Source: a phage. Taken from it: 64,000 nt of DNA. The stretch lies in the NCBI GenBank assembly GCA_011839185.1, contig GCA_011839185.1_3918.1; one strand, given 5' to 3'. Positions 30,746-40,272 of this stretch are shown piece after piece. A program made the translations under genes and the position numbers. A model generated the notes under the pieces. The model was not told the origin of the DNA and made no database searches. It saw nothing but the letters and a program-made list of their open reading frames with translations. Position 1 is the first letter of the stretch, and every line of letters begins with the position of its first letter.

Positions 30746-33112
30746 ATGCGCATGGTAAATGACCACGCAGAAGTGATTAAGAGTTCAACTTCTTTAGAGA
30801 CGTCTCAAGCACAGATTACAATGACACCTGAGATGTTCAGCCTTTTGAGTTCTGGTGTATATACCTTTAAAGAAAGGGCAGTGATTCGTGAACTGTCATG
30901 TAACGCAGTAGATGCTCAGAAAGAAGCTGGAAAAGAGAACATTCCGTTCCATGTGCATTTACCTACTCGTTTTGAGCCTTACTTTGAAGTTCGTGATTTT
31001 GGAACTGGATTGACTCATGATAAAGTTATGAGTTTGTACCTAAACTACGGGGCTTCTACGAAGAATGACTCTAATGACTACATTGGTGCAATGGGTATCG
31101 GCTCAAAATCCCCATTTGCAATTGCTCAGTCATTCACAGTATCTAGCTATGTTGATGGTGTTGTTAATAAGTACTCTGTTTATCTTGAGAATGGTATCCC
31201 TCAAGTAACTAAGCTGACCACTAACCCAACAAAAGAACCCAATGGTTTAGCTGTACGTGTGGCAGTTGCTGACCACCGTATCTCAAAGTTCTTTGAAGAA
31301 GCTGGAAATGTGTACTCATACTTCACTGTAAAACCAGAAAGTAATATTGAGTACGACGATGTATTAGCAGATATGAACGTCATTGCCCGTGAAGAAGGTG
31401 TTTATGATGCCATGATTCATAAGCAAAGCTGGCGTTCTAGTGGTAACAGGACAGAGTTTAATGTGGTGATGGGTAATATTGCCTATCCAGTGAACATGGA
31501 AGCATTACTTGGTGATGATTTCTTCAAAGTCTTGCCAGAGTTTTTCCGTAGGAGCGTAGACCTTGTAAACATCTACATGCCTATTGGTTCAGTTGCTATA
31601 GCAGCTTCTCGTGAAGCATTGCAGATGAATGATACGACAAAAAATGTTATCATCGAGGCTACCAAAAAGATAACTGAAGCAATTACAAAGGATGTTATCA
31701 AGAAAGTTAATAGCCAACCTACACTCATGGATGCTGCACAGGCTTATGCAGAGTTACGTTTGAACTCACGAGAGATGTTTAATGCTGTGTGTCCAAAGCT
31801 AGAGTGGGGAGGCGTTAAGCTTGATTCTCTGGAAGAAGAATTGTTAAACATTCGTCGTGGAATTATCTACGCAGAAGACGGCTCAGTCATTTATGAACGT
31901 GACGGTAAAGGCAATATTAAGGTTGATAGGAACGGGAACAATATCCCTAAAGTAGATTATCTTTATAACCCAGTTGCTTATGTCAAGTTCAACTCTTTAG
32001 AGAGTAAGATTCGTGCAACAGCACTTTCCTACACTCAAGAGGCAAGTATGTTCAATATCTTTGGCGCAATGCGTAAAAGCCAAATTGAACAGTTTTTGTT
32101 CGTGATTAATGACCGTCGCAATAAAAATGGTACTGAGAAGACTGTAGGCCGCAATCAGATTCTGCGTGGTGCATGTCGAGACTACGCCAGTGAGTCAAGT
32201 CTGTTTCACAGATATAATGGTATTGTGTTTGTATTCTCGACTGAAAAAGAGTTAGACGACCTAATCAACCTACACAAACTTGATAAAAGCTTGTTAAAGA
32301 TTGTGAAGATGTCTGATAAGGAACATCACTATCAGCGTAAAGAAGCTGTAAGAGGTGTTGTAAAACTCTGGAAAGCTGTTCCAGCAGAAGGTGTAGCTTC
32401 CTATAAAGAGGTTTCAGAGGACTTAGATACGATTGAAGAGCCTCAGCTTTATATTAAGGCAGTAGGCGACACAGTTGATGGCGAATGTTTTTGCTCATCT
32501 CCAGAAGATGTAGCTAAGTCAGTTGCCAATGTCATTGGAAAGAAAGTATATGTTTTCCGAAAAGCAAATTGGAAAAAGATACCAGAAGACTGGATTGAAG
32601 TAGATGAGAAGCTCTTGAATGACAGCTTAACTGATGTTCACTGGATTAACCATAACAGGTATATGACACGTATCTATATGAATGGTGTCCTTGACCTTAC
32701 AAGCAGTTGGATTATTGCCAGAAACTTTACGTTCAATAACAGGAAGATTTCTCGTGGCTATTGTTATTCGCGGGATACAAACAAAACTATCTTCTTAGAA
32801 GGTAATGAAGATGCTGTAGAGGCAATGTTTGGTAAAATCCAATACGTTGCTGCACCATTTGCATACACTTACATTATTAGTGTGTTGCAAGATTTGAAAA
32901 GGTGTCTTGATAATGATACAAAGCTTTACAAGAAAATTAAGAAAGCTGGTGACCGCATGGTCATTAAGGTGACAAACTACCTTTCAAAAAGAAAACAAGA
33001 AAACTTCTTGCTTTCTCATTTAGATTGGAATAAAGTGTCACCCATCGAAGTGAGTAAGTTCTTAGGCTTTGATGTGAAGTGTGTTCCAGAAGGGACTACA
33101 ATTTACGATTAA
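30746..33112 (+). CDS. rIIA: rIIA-like protein
   Basis: 788 aa; N-terminal region resembles the GHKL/HATPase-like part of rIIA proteins; followed by putative rIIB. Confidence 0.65.
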   Translation: MRMVNDHAEVIKSSTSLETSQAQITMTPEMFSLLSSGVYTFKERAVIRELSCNAVDAQKEAGKENIPFHVHLPTRFEPYFEVRDFGTGLTHDKVMSLYLNYGASTKNDSNDYIGAMGIGSKSPFAIAQSFTVSSYVDGVVNKYSVYLENGIPQVTKLTTNPTKEPNGLAVRVAVADHRISKFFEEAGNVYSYFTVKPESNIEYDDVLADMNVIAREEGVYDAMIHKQSWRSSGNRTEFNVVMGNIAYPVNMEALLGDDFFKVLPEFFRRSVDLVNIYMPIGSVAIAASREALQMNDTTKNVIIEATKKITEAITKDVIKKVNSQPTLMDAAQAYAELRLNSREMFNAVCPKLEWGGVKLDSLEEELLNIRRGIIYAEDGSVIYERDGKGNIKVDRNGNNIPKVDYLYNPVAYVKFNSLESKIRATALSYTQEASMFNIFGAMRKSQIEQFLFVINDRRNKNGTEKTVGRNQILRGACRDYASESSLFHRYNGIVFVFSTEKELDDLINLHKLDKSLLKIVKMSDKEHHYQRKEAVRGVVKLWKAVPAEGVASYKEVSEDLDTIEEPQLYIKAVGDTVDGECFCSSPEDVAKSVANVIGKKVYVFRKANWKKIPEDWIEVDEKLLNDSLTDVHWINHNRYMTRIYMNGVLDLTSSWIIARNFTFNNRKISRGYCYSRDTNKTIFLEGNEDAVEAMFGKIQYVAAPFAYTYIISVLQDLKRCLDNDTKLYKKIKKAGDRMVIKVTNYLSKRKQENFLLSHLDWNKVSPIEVSKFLGFDVKCVPEGTTIYD

Positions 33113-33117
33113 AGTGT

Positions 33118-33147
33118 TTGACAAGGGGCTTCAAAGCCCCTTAGAAT
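33118..33147 (+). promoter_or_regulatory. sigma70-like promoter candidate overlapping a hairpin
   Basis: TTGACA, 17-18-nt spacer containing GGGGCTTCAAAGCCCC, TAGAAT. Confidence 0.35.
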
Positions 33148-33191
33148 AGCCTTACAAAATGATTTATTAACTAACAAGAGAGAGTAATAAG

Positions 33192-34301
33192 ATGACTACT
33201 AAAACTAAAGCACAGATTGACGCAGAAATTTACAAACTGGTTAAAGAAGGTAAGCTGACTAAAACAGCTATTGCACAGAAATTTAATACTTCAACCCGTT
33301 CAGTTGGTCGTGCTGTAGAGCGTCATGAAGCAACCTTAAAAGGGAATAAGAAGGCGACTTCTACACCAGCTACGAAAACTTTGAAGCAAGTTGCTAAGAC
33401 CTTTAAGAAGAAAGCTGGCAAACCAGTTGAAAAGGCTGTTAAAGAGTCTGTACAGAAAGCTCCGGTGAATAAACTGCATGAAGCTATGCAGAAAGATGAC
33501 AAGATTGAGTACATGATTACTGGTGACTCTGTAATTATGACTTACGGTTCAGAATCTGAAATTGTTGAGTCTACTCATCCGAACTATCAAGATATTGTAG
33601 TTCATGTTGTGAAAGGTGAGTTTAAGAAAGCCTTTGAACTGATGAACATTCGTAAGTCTATCGAAAACTTCACTCAGGGTGCTATCACAATCAAAGGTGA
33701 CAAGCTATTCTACGGTGCTGTTGAGATGCGTTCTACTCTGGTTGACCGTATTCTTCACATGATGAAGACTGGGGATAAAGGTTTTGAACGCCTTGTGATG
33801 TTCTTCGAAAAACTGATGGAAAACCCATCTAAAGATTCTGTAGAACAACTTTGGGGCTTCGTATCTCACCTTGATGTTGAAATTGATGAAGAAGGTTACA
33901 TCATTGGTTGGAAGAAAGTATCTACTCGTGAAGGCAAGTTGGTTGATTCTCACACCTACAGAGTGCCTAATGATTTGGGTAACATTGTAGAAATGCCACG
34001 TTGGATGGTTGATAATAACCGTAACGTGACTTGCTCTCAAGGTCTTCATGTTGGTGCTTGGGATTATGTTCGTTGTTTCTCAGGTGATACAATTCTGAAG
34101 GTTCGTGTCCATCCACGAGATGTTGTATCTGTTCCAACTGATTACAACGATATGAAGATGCGCTCATCTCGTTATGAAGTTGCAGCAATCGTTGATAATC
34201 AACGTAAAGTGTTGAAAGCATGGGATGGCAAGACTGAAGCTTTACATGTCATCGTTGGTACTGCTGGTGAACTCATCTCTCAGCGTAAACGTGAAATCTA
34301 A
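33192..34301 (+). CDS. rIIB: rIIB-like protein (by position and size)
   Basis: 369 aa ORF immediately after rIIA-like gene; no motif verified. Confidence 0.4.
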   Translation: MTTKTKAQIDAEIYKLVKEGKLTKTAIAQKFNTSTRSVGRAVERHEATLKGNKKATSTPATKTLKQVAKTFKKKAGKPVEKAVKESVQKAPVNKLHEAMQKDDKIEYMITGDSVIMTYGSESEIVESTHPNYQDIVVHVVKGEFKKAFELMNIRKSIENFTQGAITIKGDKLFYGAVEMRSTLVDRILHMMKTGDKGFERLVMFFEKLMENPSKDSVEQLWGFVSHLDVEIDEEGYIIGWKKVSTREGKLVDSHTYRVPNDLGNIVEMPRWMVDNNRNVTCSQGLHVGAWDYVRCFSGDTILKVRVHPRDVVSVPTDYNDMKMRSSRYEVAAIVDNQRKVLKAWDGKTEALHVIVGTAGELISQRKREI

Positions 34302-34316
34302 TAAGTAATTTCTTAA

Positions 34317-34343
34317 AAGGCTGCTTCGGCGGCCTTTTTTATT
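34317..34343 (+). terminator. rho-independent terminator
   Basis: GGCTGC TTCG GCGGCC followed by TTTTTTATTT. Confidence 0.55.
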
Positions 34344-34401
34344 TGTATTTTGTGCAGAGTGCTGTATAATTGTTGTCACGATAAACTAAACAGGAGAACC
34401 A

Positions 34402-34950
34402 ATGAAGAAATTGATTCTAGGTTTGTGCTTAATGTTTACAGCACACTTATCTTATGCAGTTGACTGCCCAGAGCTATCAATTAGCCAAAAAGTGAACATG
34501 TTAAAAGCTTACCAGTATGGTGAGAATAACATGGGTAAAGGTTGGGGTATCACTCTAGCAGCTATAGCCTTACAAGAGTCAGAGTTAGGTCTGAAGGTAG
34601 AAAATAAAAAGACCCATGACTATGGTATCTTCCAGAATCACTTGAAGACTGTTGTAAAGCGTAACAAAATTAGTCCTAATGTTGCTAAAAAGAAACTCTT
34701 AAAAGATTTTGACTATGCCGCAAAAGAAACACATAAAGAGCTTGAGTTTTGGACGAAGGTACATGGTCAGCCAAAGTCAAAGAAGACTTTACAAAAAGTT
34801 TTAGCATCATATAATGCTGGGTATTCGTACAAAACCCCTAAAGCTAAGAAATACTCTCAAGATGTCTATAACAATATGAAAGTTATCGCTCAATGTGAAT
34901 TTGCAACAAACATTTCTAAGGTAAATCATGAAAAAATTAAGAAAGTCTGA
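34402..34950 (+). CDS. secreted lytic-transglycosylase-like protein
   Basis: Signal peptide MKKLILGLCLMFTAHLSYA; ALQESELG...DYGIFQ resembles the SLT catalytic motif. Confidence 0.45.
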   Translation: MKKLILGLCLMFTAHLSYAVDCPELSISQKVNMLKAYQYGENNMGKGWGITLAAIALQESELGLKVENKKTHDYGIFQNHLKTVVKRNKISPNVAKKKLLKDFDYAAKETHKELEFWTKVHGQPKSKKTLQKVLASYNAGYSYKTPKAKKYSQDVYNNMKVIAQCEFATNISKVNHEKIKKV

Positions 34951-35623
34951 TGAAGTCCTGTGCCACGCTTATGACTTGCATCCTCATGAGTTAGGTCTTG
35001 ATTCCTGTGTATGGACTCCAGAACAGTGCAGGGATTTTGAAGACACTGCAAGAGAAGTTGTATGTTCACTGGAAGAGTTCCACACATCAGAACCAATTGT
35101 GAACGTTGTGGACAAAGAGACTGGACAAACTATAGGTGTAAGGCGTGATAGTTTAGTCATAGTCAATAAAGACCTTGTAGAAAAAGGTAACCTCATCTTA
35201 GCAGATATTGATGGTGTTCTTACAAATTTTAATCACGAAGATTGCTCAACGGAATTGACTGATGGGTCATTCTCACAGTACACTAATCTTCTTGACTCTG
35301 TAAGAGCAAAACCAACGTATGTTTTTAGTATTATTGATGCAATTGCTAATCATGCTGCCATTGGACTCTTGACAGCGAGAGGTGAATCTCAGAGAATACC
35401 TACTGAGATGTTTTTAAGGCATAACATAGAGCATGATTACATGCTTTTTATGCGTGGTTTTGGAACTAACTCTATAAGTGCAGAAAGTTTAAAAGTGAGG
35501 ATGATTCAGTCTTGCATTCTTCCTTATTTTAATATAGTATGCTTTATAGAAGATACAGAGAAGAATGTTCAGAAGGTAAACAGAATCCTTCCACACATTA
35601 AAACCATGTTAGTTAAACATTGA
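34928..35623 (+). CDS. HAD-superfamily phosphatase (possible 5'-deoxynucleotidase)
   Basis: HAD motif I LADIDGVLT. Confidence 0.45.
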   Translation: MKKLRKSDEVLCHAYDLHPHELGLDSCVWTPEQCRDFEDTAREVVCSLEEFHTSEPIVNVVDKETGQTIGVRRDSLVIVNKDLVEKGNLILADIDGVLTNFNHEDCSTELTDGSFSQYTNLLDSVRAKPTYVFSIIDAIANHAAIGLLTARGESQRIPTEMFLRHNIEHDYMLFMRGFGTNSISAESLKVRMIQSCILPYFNIVCFIEDTEKNVQKVNRILPHIKTMLVKH

Positions 35624-36099
35624 GAGAAAAACTTATGAACAATATCATTACGGTAGCACTGGACGATACGGCAAACAAATCTGAAGTAGTTCGTAAAATG
35701 ATTCAAGGTAACTTTGAAGGTAAAATTTTCCGTGCTGTTAATGTAAAAGCTGATGGCAGTATTCGTGAATACCGTGCATTGTTGAATGTTAAAAAGCACG
35801 TAAAAGGTGCTGGTTCAACGACTGCACACAAAGAAAACCTGATGACTATCTATGATATGGGTAAGGCTTCAGAGTTAGGTGCTGAAGGTATCGTTAAAGA
35901 AGGTGCTCCGTATCGCTCTTTCAATCTGGAAACTACTCTTATGCTTTCCTTTACGAGTGGTTCTAAAACAATCACTTATCTCTTTACTGATGCTGCAACG
36001 GTATCTGCTATTAAGGATAGCACTGTCAAAGCTGGCGTAGTTGCTGCTGCAAAAGCTTCTTCGATGGCTGCAAATATCCTTGCTAAAGTCCTCGGTTAA
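35620..36099 (+). CDS. hypothetical protein (159 aa)
   Basis: ORF only. Confidence 0.4.
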   Translation: MREKLMNNIITVALDDTANKSEVVRKMIQGNFEGKIFRAVNVKADGSIREYRALLNVKKHVKGAGSTTAHKENLMTIYDMGKASELGAEGIVKEGAPYRSFNLETTLMLSFTSGSKTITYLFTDAATVSAIKDSTVKAGVVAAAKASSMAANILAKVLG

Positions 36100-36109
36100 G
36101 GTTAAGATA

Positions 36110-36133
36110 CAGGCTCCTTCGGGAGCCTTTTTC
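36110..36133 (+). terminator. rho-independent terminator
   Basis: AGGCTCC TTCG GGAGCCT followed by TTTTTC. Confidence 0.55.
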
Positions 36134-36151
36134 ATTTCAGGAGATTGTTAA

Positions 36152-36499
36152 ATGACATTTAAAGAGTTCTGTCAAGCTACTTTCATAATTGTTTTCTTAG
36201 TTGGGGCAGGTGTCTGGGGAGGATACTCTTACAGAGACTACCAAGTTGCTGAAACTGAGCTAAACAATGAGAAGCTGATAAGTGTTGCTAAAGATGCTTA
36301 TCAGGAAGGATTAGCTACACTGAGCACCAATTACAAAAATGATTTGAAAGATGTGCTTGCTAAGAATAAGCACACAAAAGAGGTACTAACGTATGAAAAA
36401 ACTAAGCCAGAGTTTTATAATGTTTGTGTTACTGATAATTATGTCAGGGTGTTCAACGAACAAAGTGAACAGTACATTCAAAAACTCCCAAGTAAGTGA
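36152..36499 (+). CDS. putative i-spanin (inner-membrane spanin subunit)
   Basis: Single N-terminal TM FIIVFLVGAGVWGGY then charged periplasmic domain; overlapped by a lipoprotein ORF. Confidence 0.45.
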   Translation: MTFKEFCQATFIIVFLVGAGVWGGYSYRDYQVAETELNNEKLISVAKDAYQEGLATLSTNYKNDLKDVLAKNKHTKEVLTYEKTKPEFYNVCVTDNYVRVFNEQSEQYIQKLPSK

Positions 36500-36662
36500 G
36501 AGTGATAAGTACACTCAAGAAGATTCAAGATTCACTATCAAAGGTAATACTGGTAGTGATGTGGCAGCAGCCCTTGAGTTCTATCGTGATGGATTTTACC
36601 AGTGCACAATCAAAGCTAATAACCTTATTGATATGATTTTATTAGGAAATAAACAGCAATGA
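36393..36662 (+). CDS. putative o-spanin (outer-membrane lipoprotein subunit)
   Basis: Lipoprotein signal with lipobox IIMSGC; starts inside the preceding ORF in another frame. Confidence 0.45.
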   Translation: MKKLSQSFIMFVLLIIMSGCSTNKVNSTFKNSQVSESDKYTQEDSRFTIKGNTGSDVAAALEFYRDGFYQCTIKANNLIDMILLGNKQQ

Positions 36663-36928
36663 CAGAGAATGAAGATACTTTTTACGTAGAAGGATACTTA
36701 CTGTTACCGCGACCAAAAGAAACTTATATGCGAATTGACTTTATACCAACCATTATGGATAATGTGATGTGTCATATCTTTATGCAGGGTGTCACAGCAC
36801 AGCTTAAGCATGTTGGTAAAGAGTGCAAAATAAAGGTTGACACTCATCCAGAAATCAAAGAGAATCACTACACATGGTTCTTACCAGACTCTAAAGAAAT
36901 CTTAGCAGTTCTTAAAACGAGGAAGTAA
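36659..36928 (+). CDS. hypothetical protein (89 aa)
   Basis: ORF only. Confidence 0.4.
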   Translation: MTENEDTFYVEGYLLLPRPKETYMRIDFIPTIMDNVMCHIFMQGVTAQLKHVGKECKIKVDTHPEIKENHYTWFLPDSKEILAVLKTRK

Positions 36929-36930
36929 CT

Positions 36931-37257
36931 ATGCAGATTAATGGAAGAGACTTTGTAGCCGTTTACTACGAGAAAGATAAAGAGGTTGGTGTAGCACAAG
37001 TAACTTACGGCAATGGTAAGTGGCTATATGGAACAATCGCAGTAGTTGGAACAAGAAGTGACACAAAAACTTTTAAAGATTGTGTTGACCTTCTTGAAGA
37101 ATCCATTCAGAATCATTGGTGTCTGATATGGATGACTGACAACGAAGTGATAGAACGCTTCAAAAAGATTGATATCAACATTGATAGTATTGAGCATGTT
37201 GATTTATACGAGCTAACTGAGAAGGTAAACTATGAAAGTAATACTAGCCAGAGATAA
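36931..37257 (+). CDS. hypothetical protein (108 aa)
   Basis: ORF only. Confidence 0.4.
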   Translation: MQINGRDFVAVYYEKDKEVGVAQVTYGNGKWLYGTIAVVGTRSDTKTFKDCVDLLEESIQNHWCLIWMTDNEVIERFKKIDINIDSIEHVDLYELTEKVNYESNTSQR

Positions 37258-37459
37258 AAAGACACGAAAGCTTATCAGGTCAGCAGTGTTCATTGGACGA
37301 AATGAGGTCATCCCATTTACAGCAAATGATGTGATAGCTTACAGGAAGAACTTAGTATTCACTGACTGCTTACGTGGCTTCATCTCTGAACCATTGGAAG
37401 ACTTTAAAAGTCGTTGTGGTAAAGGTATCATCATTCAAGAGGCAATTATTCATGGCTGA
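37232..37459 (+). CDS. hypothetical protein (75 aa)
   Basis: ORF only. Confidence 0.3.
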   Translation: MKVILARDKKTRKLIRSAVFIGRNEVIPFTANDVIAYRKNLVFTDCLRGFISEPLEDFKSRCGKGIIIQEAIIHG

Positions 37460-37652
37460 CTTCTGTAAAGATTGTTCTATCGAAATGTTCGGACGTGATA
37501 CAGGTGACTTAAAAGGTCTTATCACTGAAGATGACTTTAAAGCTGGTTATGCAATGCCAGTAATCTGTGAAGGTTGTGGGTGCATCTGGGTAGACCACGA
37601 AGGGCAGCGTGTAAAACCTTCAGAAGATAAAGAATCTTGGGAGAGATGTTAA
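37452..37652 (+). CDS. small zinc-ribbon-like protein
   Basis: MADFCKDCS...CEGCGC cysteine pairs; start set at internal ATG. Confidence 0.35.
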   Translation: MADFCKDCSIEMFGRDTGDLKGLITEDDFKAGYAMPVICEGCGCIWVDHEGQRVKPSEDKESWERC

Positions 37653-38438
37653 ATGGGTATTGTAAAAATCATCAATGGCGATATCTTTGCCGCATTTGAT
37701 AAAGGTAAGTTTGACATTATTGGTCACGGTTGCAACTGTATGAATTTAATGGGTGCAGGTATCGCTGACAAGATTTCTAAACTTTACCCAAAAGCATATG
37801 AGACAGATACAGAAGTCTATCTATATGCAGGTGGCATAGGTCACAAACCCTGTGAAAATTTACTGGGTAATTTCTCTGTAGCACGTTTAAAACAAGGTCG
37901 TATAGCTAACCTTTACACTCAGCTTAAGACTGGTAAAGATGCCCGATACAGTGCTTTAGAGTCATCTTTGAAACAGCTTAACAGATACTGTGAAGTTAAT
38001 CAGTTGAAGAAAGTTGGTTTACCTATGATTGGTGCAGGTATAGGTGGGCTGGACCCTCAAGCTGTCACAGTTATCATCAATCAGGTGATGAAGAGTGTAG
38101 ATGTTTATCTGTATGTCTATGAAGGAGAGATGTACCACAAGTTACGCTCAGGTTGGAAGAACTACTGTGAACCAGAATACTTTGCAGGTGTAGCAGTGTT
38201 CACGGATAACGCAGTTACCCTCTTCAGACGAAGAAAAGGTAAGATACATCAAAGTAACCCTCCGGTTGAAAGGATGTCTCTAAGTAACGCTCTAGTTACC
38301 CACCTGTCGAAGAGCAATCACAGAATAGCTGTGACATTTGGTAGTGATGCAGATGCTTACATCTATGCAAGAACTGATGAGGATATCGAGGCAATTTTCT
38401 CATCACCGGAAGTTACCTTCTTAGACGCAAAGAACTAA
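37653..38438 (+). CDS. macro-domain (ADP-ribose binding/processing) protein
   Basis: INGDIF...DIIGHGCNCMNLMGAGIA and LPMIGAGIGG resemble macro-domain signature regions as recalled from YmdB/MacroD. Confidence 0.65.
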   Translation: MGIVKIINGDIFAAFDKGKFDIIGHGCNCMNLMGAGIADKISKLYPKAYETDTEVYLYAGGIGHKPCENLLGNFSVARLKQGRIANLYTQLKTGKDARYSALESSLKQLNRYCEVNQLKKVGLPMIGAGIGGLDPQAVTVIINQVMKSVDVYLYVYEGEMYHKLRSGWKNYCEPEYFAGVAVFTDNAVTLFRRRKGKIHQSNPPVERMSLSNALVTHLSKSNHRIAVTFGSDADAYIYARTDEDIEAIFSSPEVTFLDAKN

Positions 38439-38439
38439 G

Positions 38440-38760
38440 AAACTCTGTAGAATATTCACAATAGACTAAGCCTTTCTTATCTGGTAAATTTTTCAGGTAA
38501 GGGGGGCTTTTTCATTTCAGGATTGTGCAGGTAGAGTTCTGTATAGAAATCTGTAGAGAAAATTTTGAACTCCAAAGGGAAAATTCATTTTCAAGCTGTG
38601 CAGGTAATCTCCAAAGAGCTTTTTCATTTTCAAAACGTGCAGACCCCGCTCAGGTCGGGCAAGAAAAATCATTTTAGAATCGTGCAGGTAGGTTTTTATA
38701 GAGAGTCAGACCAACCCCTCTCCCCCTCTTACTCCCCCTCTCCCCAAAAGTCAAGAGAAA
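38440..38760. repeat. direct repeats of a CATTTTCA...GTGCAGGTA box plus a C/T-only tract
   Basis: At least four copies (near 38505, 38585, 38625, 38672) and cccctctccccctcttactccccctctcccc at 38716-38748. Confidence 0.55.
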
Positions 38761-38865
38761 AATTTGTAGTGGATTGAAAAATAATTCTTGATTTGTGTTT
38801 TGTTTTGTGGTAGTCGTGCGCGCCCGTTCATTTCCCAACCTTACAAAAATATTTAATAAAAACCG

Positions 38866-38894
38866 TTGACACGCCAAACAAGTTTACGTACTAT
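38866..38894 (+). promoter_or_regulatory. sigma70-like promoter in front of the small-gene array
   Basis: TTGACA, 17-nt spacer, TACTAT. Confidence 0.45.
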
Positions 38895-38943
38895 TTGCAT
38901 CAGACGGGCAAGCTAGCCACTTCCTAAACTGGAGAATCTAAAA

Positions 38944-39135
38944 ATGGCATCAAGAAAAATCAAAGTCGGTGATGAGGTTAACGTTAAGTATGAGCACTCT
39001 CATAAAATGTTAACTATTCGCTCTTACAAGGTTTATCAGGTGGAAGCTATCCACGAAGACGGTACATTTTCCCTAAAAGGACATAGCGAACGTTTCCCTG
39101 CTGAATTGTTCGAAAAATGGAGTACTAAAAAATGA
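38944..39135 (+). CDS. small hypothetical protein (63 aa)
   Basis: Preceded by conserved CTAAACTGGAGAATCTAAAA-ATG context. Confidence 0.45.
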   Translation: MASRKIKVGDEVNVKYEHSHKMLTIRSYKVYQVEAIHEDGTFSLKGHSERFPAELFEKWSTKK

Positions 39136-39338
39136 TTTACAGCCGTGAATTGATGGTTACAACTAACGTTAACACAAAGGTAAAACGTTTTTACATGCAA
39201 ATCTGTGGCGTATGGTCCAGAATATCAGAAGCCGACTATTGCAACTATGTAGAAACGGCAATCAACTCGAATTGCTACCTTACAAGAAACACTAAGAATT
39301 TTACAAGGCAGACAGCGATTTACTACTACGATAAATAA
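39132..39338 (+). CDS. small hypothetical protein (68 aa)
   Basis: ORF overlapping previous stop. Confidence 0.4.
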   Translation: MIYSRELMVTTNVNTKVKRFYMQICGVWSRISEADYCNYVETAINSNCYLTRNTKNFTRQTAIYYYDK

Positions 39339-39424
39339 AGTACTTTACAAGGGGCTTATAGTTCGATAGAGTAAGCCCCAGATAAAGAGCTTTACTAACT
39401 AACCTTAAACTAGGAGATTCTAAA
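39338..39424. repeat. intergenic cassette family A (stem-loop plus conserved box plus RBS)
   Basis: AAGTACTTTACA-GGGGCTTA..TAAGCCCC-AGATAAAGAGCTTTAC...CTAAACTAGGAGATTCTAAA; copies also near 39806, 40186, 41258, 42050, 43320. Confidence 0.7.
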
Positions 39425-39805
39425 ATGGCTTATCGTGCACCGAAATTCATCAACAAAGACAACTTTCGCAACGTACTGGAGAAGGCACTTGATGAAAAAT
39501 TTAAAGGTAACATTATTATTGTTCACTCATTCAATTTTAAGTATGACATCAACGGGAATAAAATCAACCATTACACGGCAACAATGATAGACGGTACGTT
39601 ATCAAGTGAAAAAGCCGTACTGAATGCACTTGCTGGACGTGGTAAAAACCTGATAAGCTGCAATAAGAGACGTTATCAAGGTGGCGCATATGGTTATGAT
39701 GATGCTGTTTACCATCTTGAAAATATGGGCTATTCAGTGGAGAAAGCTGGAGCGTCTCAAATAATTGGTAGTGATGGTTATGTGACAATATTCAAAATTA
39801 ACTGA
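39425..39805 (+). CDS. small hypothetical protein (126 aa)
   Basis: ORF with conserved upstream cassette. Confidence 0.45.
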   Translation: MAYRAPKFINKDNFRNVLEKALDEKFKGNIIIVHSFNFKYDINGNKINHYTATMIDGTLSSEKAVLNALAGRGKNLISCNKRRYQGGAYGYDDAVYHLENMGYSVEKAGASQIIGSDGYVTIFKIN

Positions 39806-39893
39806 TAAAGTACTTTACAAGGGGCTTATAGTTCGATAAAGTAAGCCCCAGATAAAGAGCTTTACCACTCAATCCTAAATTGGAGATTCTAAA

Positions 39894-40184
39894 ATGGCTA
39901 TTATCAAAAACGTTGTAATTCCTGCAAAAACTCGTGATGACGCTCGCATCATGGCGAAAAAGTTAGGCGGGAAAGTGGTTGACAATGGAAAACAATCTGC
40001 TGTAAGATGGGGCGTAAAGGCTGATAAACAGTTGAAGCTAAAAAATTCACCGATAAACCTTTTTACATGTGTAAGCACTATCGGGAAGACAAATGTATAC
40101 ACGAAAAAGGCATATATTAGACGCATAACCTTAACATCCCCCATTCGTACAATGAGAAGTTATGCAAAGCTGAAAATTAACTGA
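39894..40184 (+). CDS. small hypothetical protein (96 aa)
   Basis: ORF with conserved upstream cassette. Confidence 0.45.
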   Translation: MAIIKNVVIPAKTRDDARIMAKKLGGKVVDNGKQSAVRWGVKADKQLKLKNSPINLFTCVSTIGKTNVYTKKAYIRRITLTSPIRTMRSYAKLKIN

Positions 40185-40272
40185 TAAAGTACTTTACAGG
40201 GGGCTTAAAAGTTGATATCTTAAGCCCCAGATAAAGAGCTTTACCACTAAATCCTAAACTGGAGATTCAAAA

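Noticed and set aside
38565-38877. Track ORFs 38565-38777 (+) and 38674-38877 (-) in the repeat region
   Set aside because: Reading frames are created by the direct repeats and the C/T tract (repetitive translation ...HFQAVQV...HFQNVQT...); no RBS and they overlap each other
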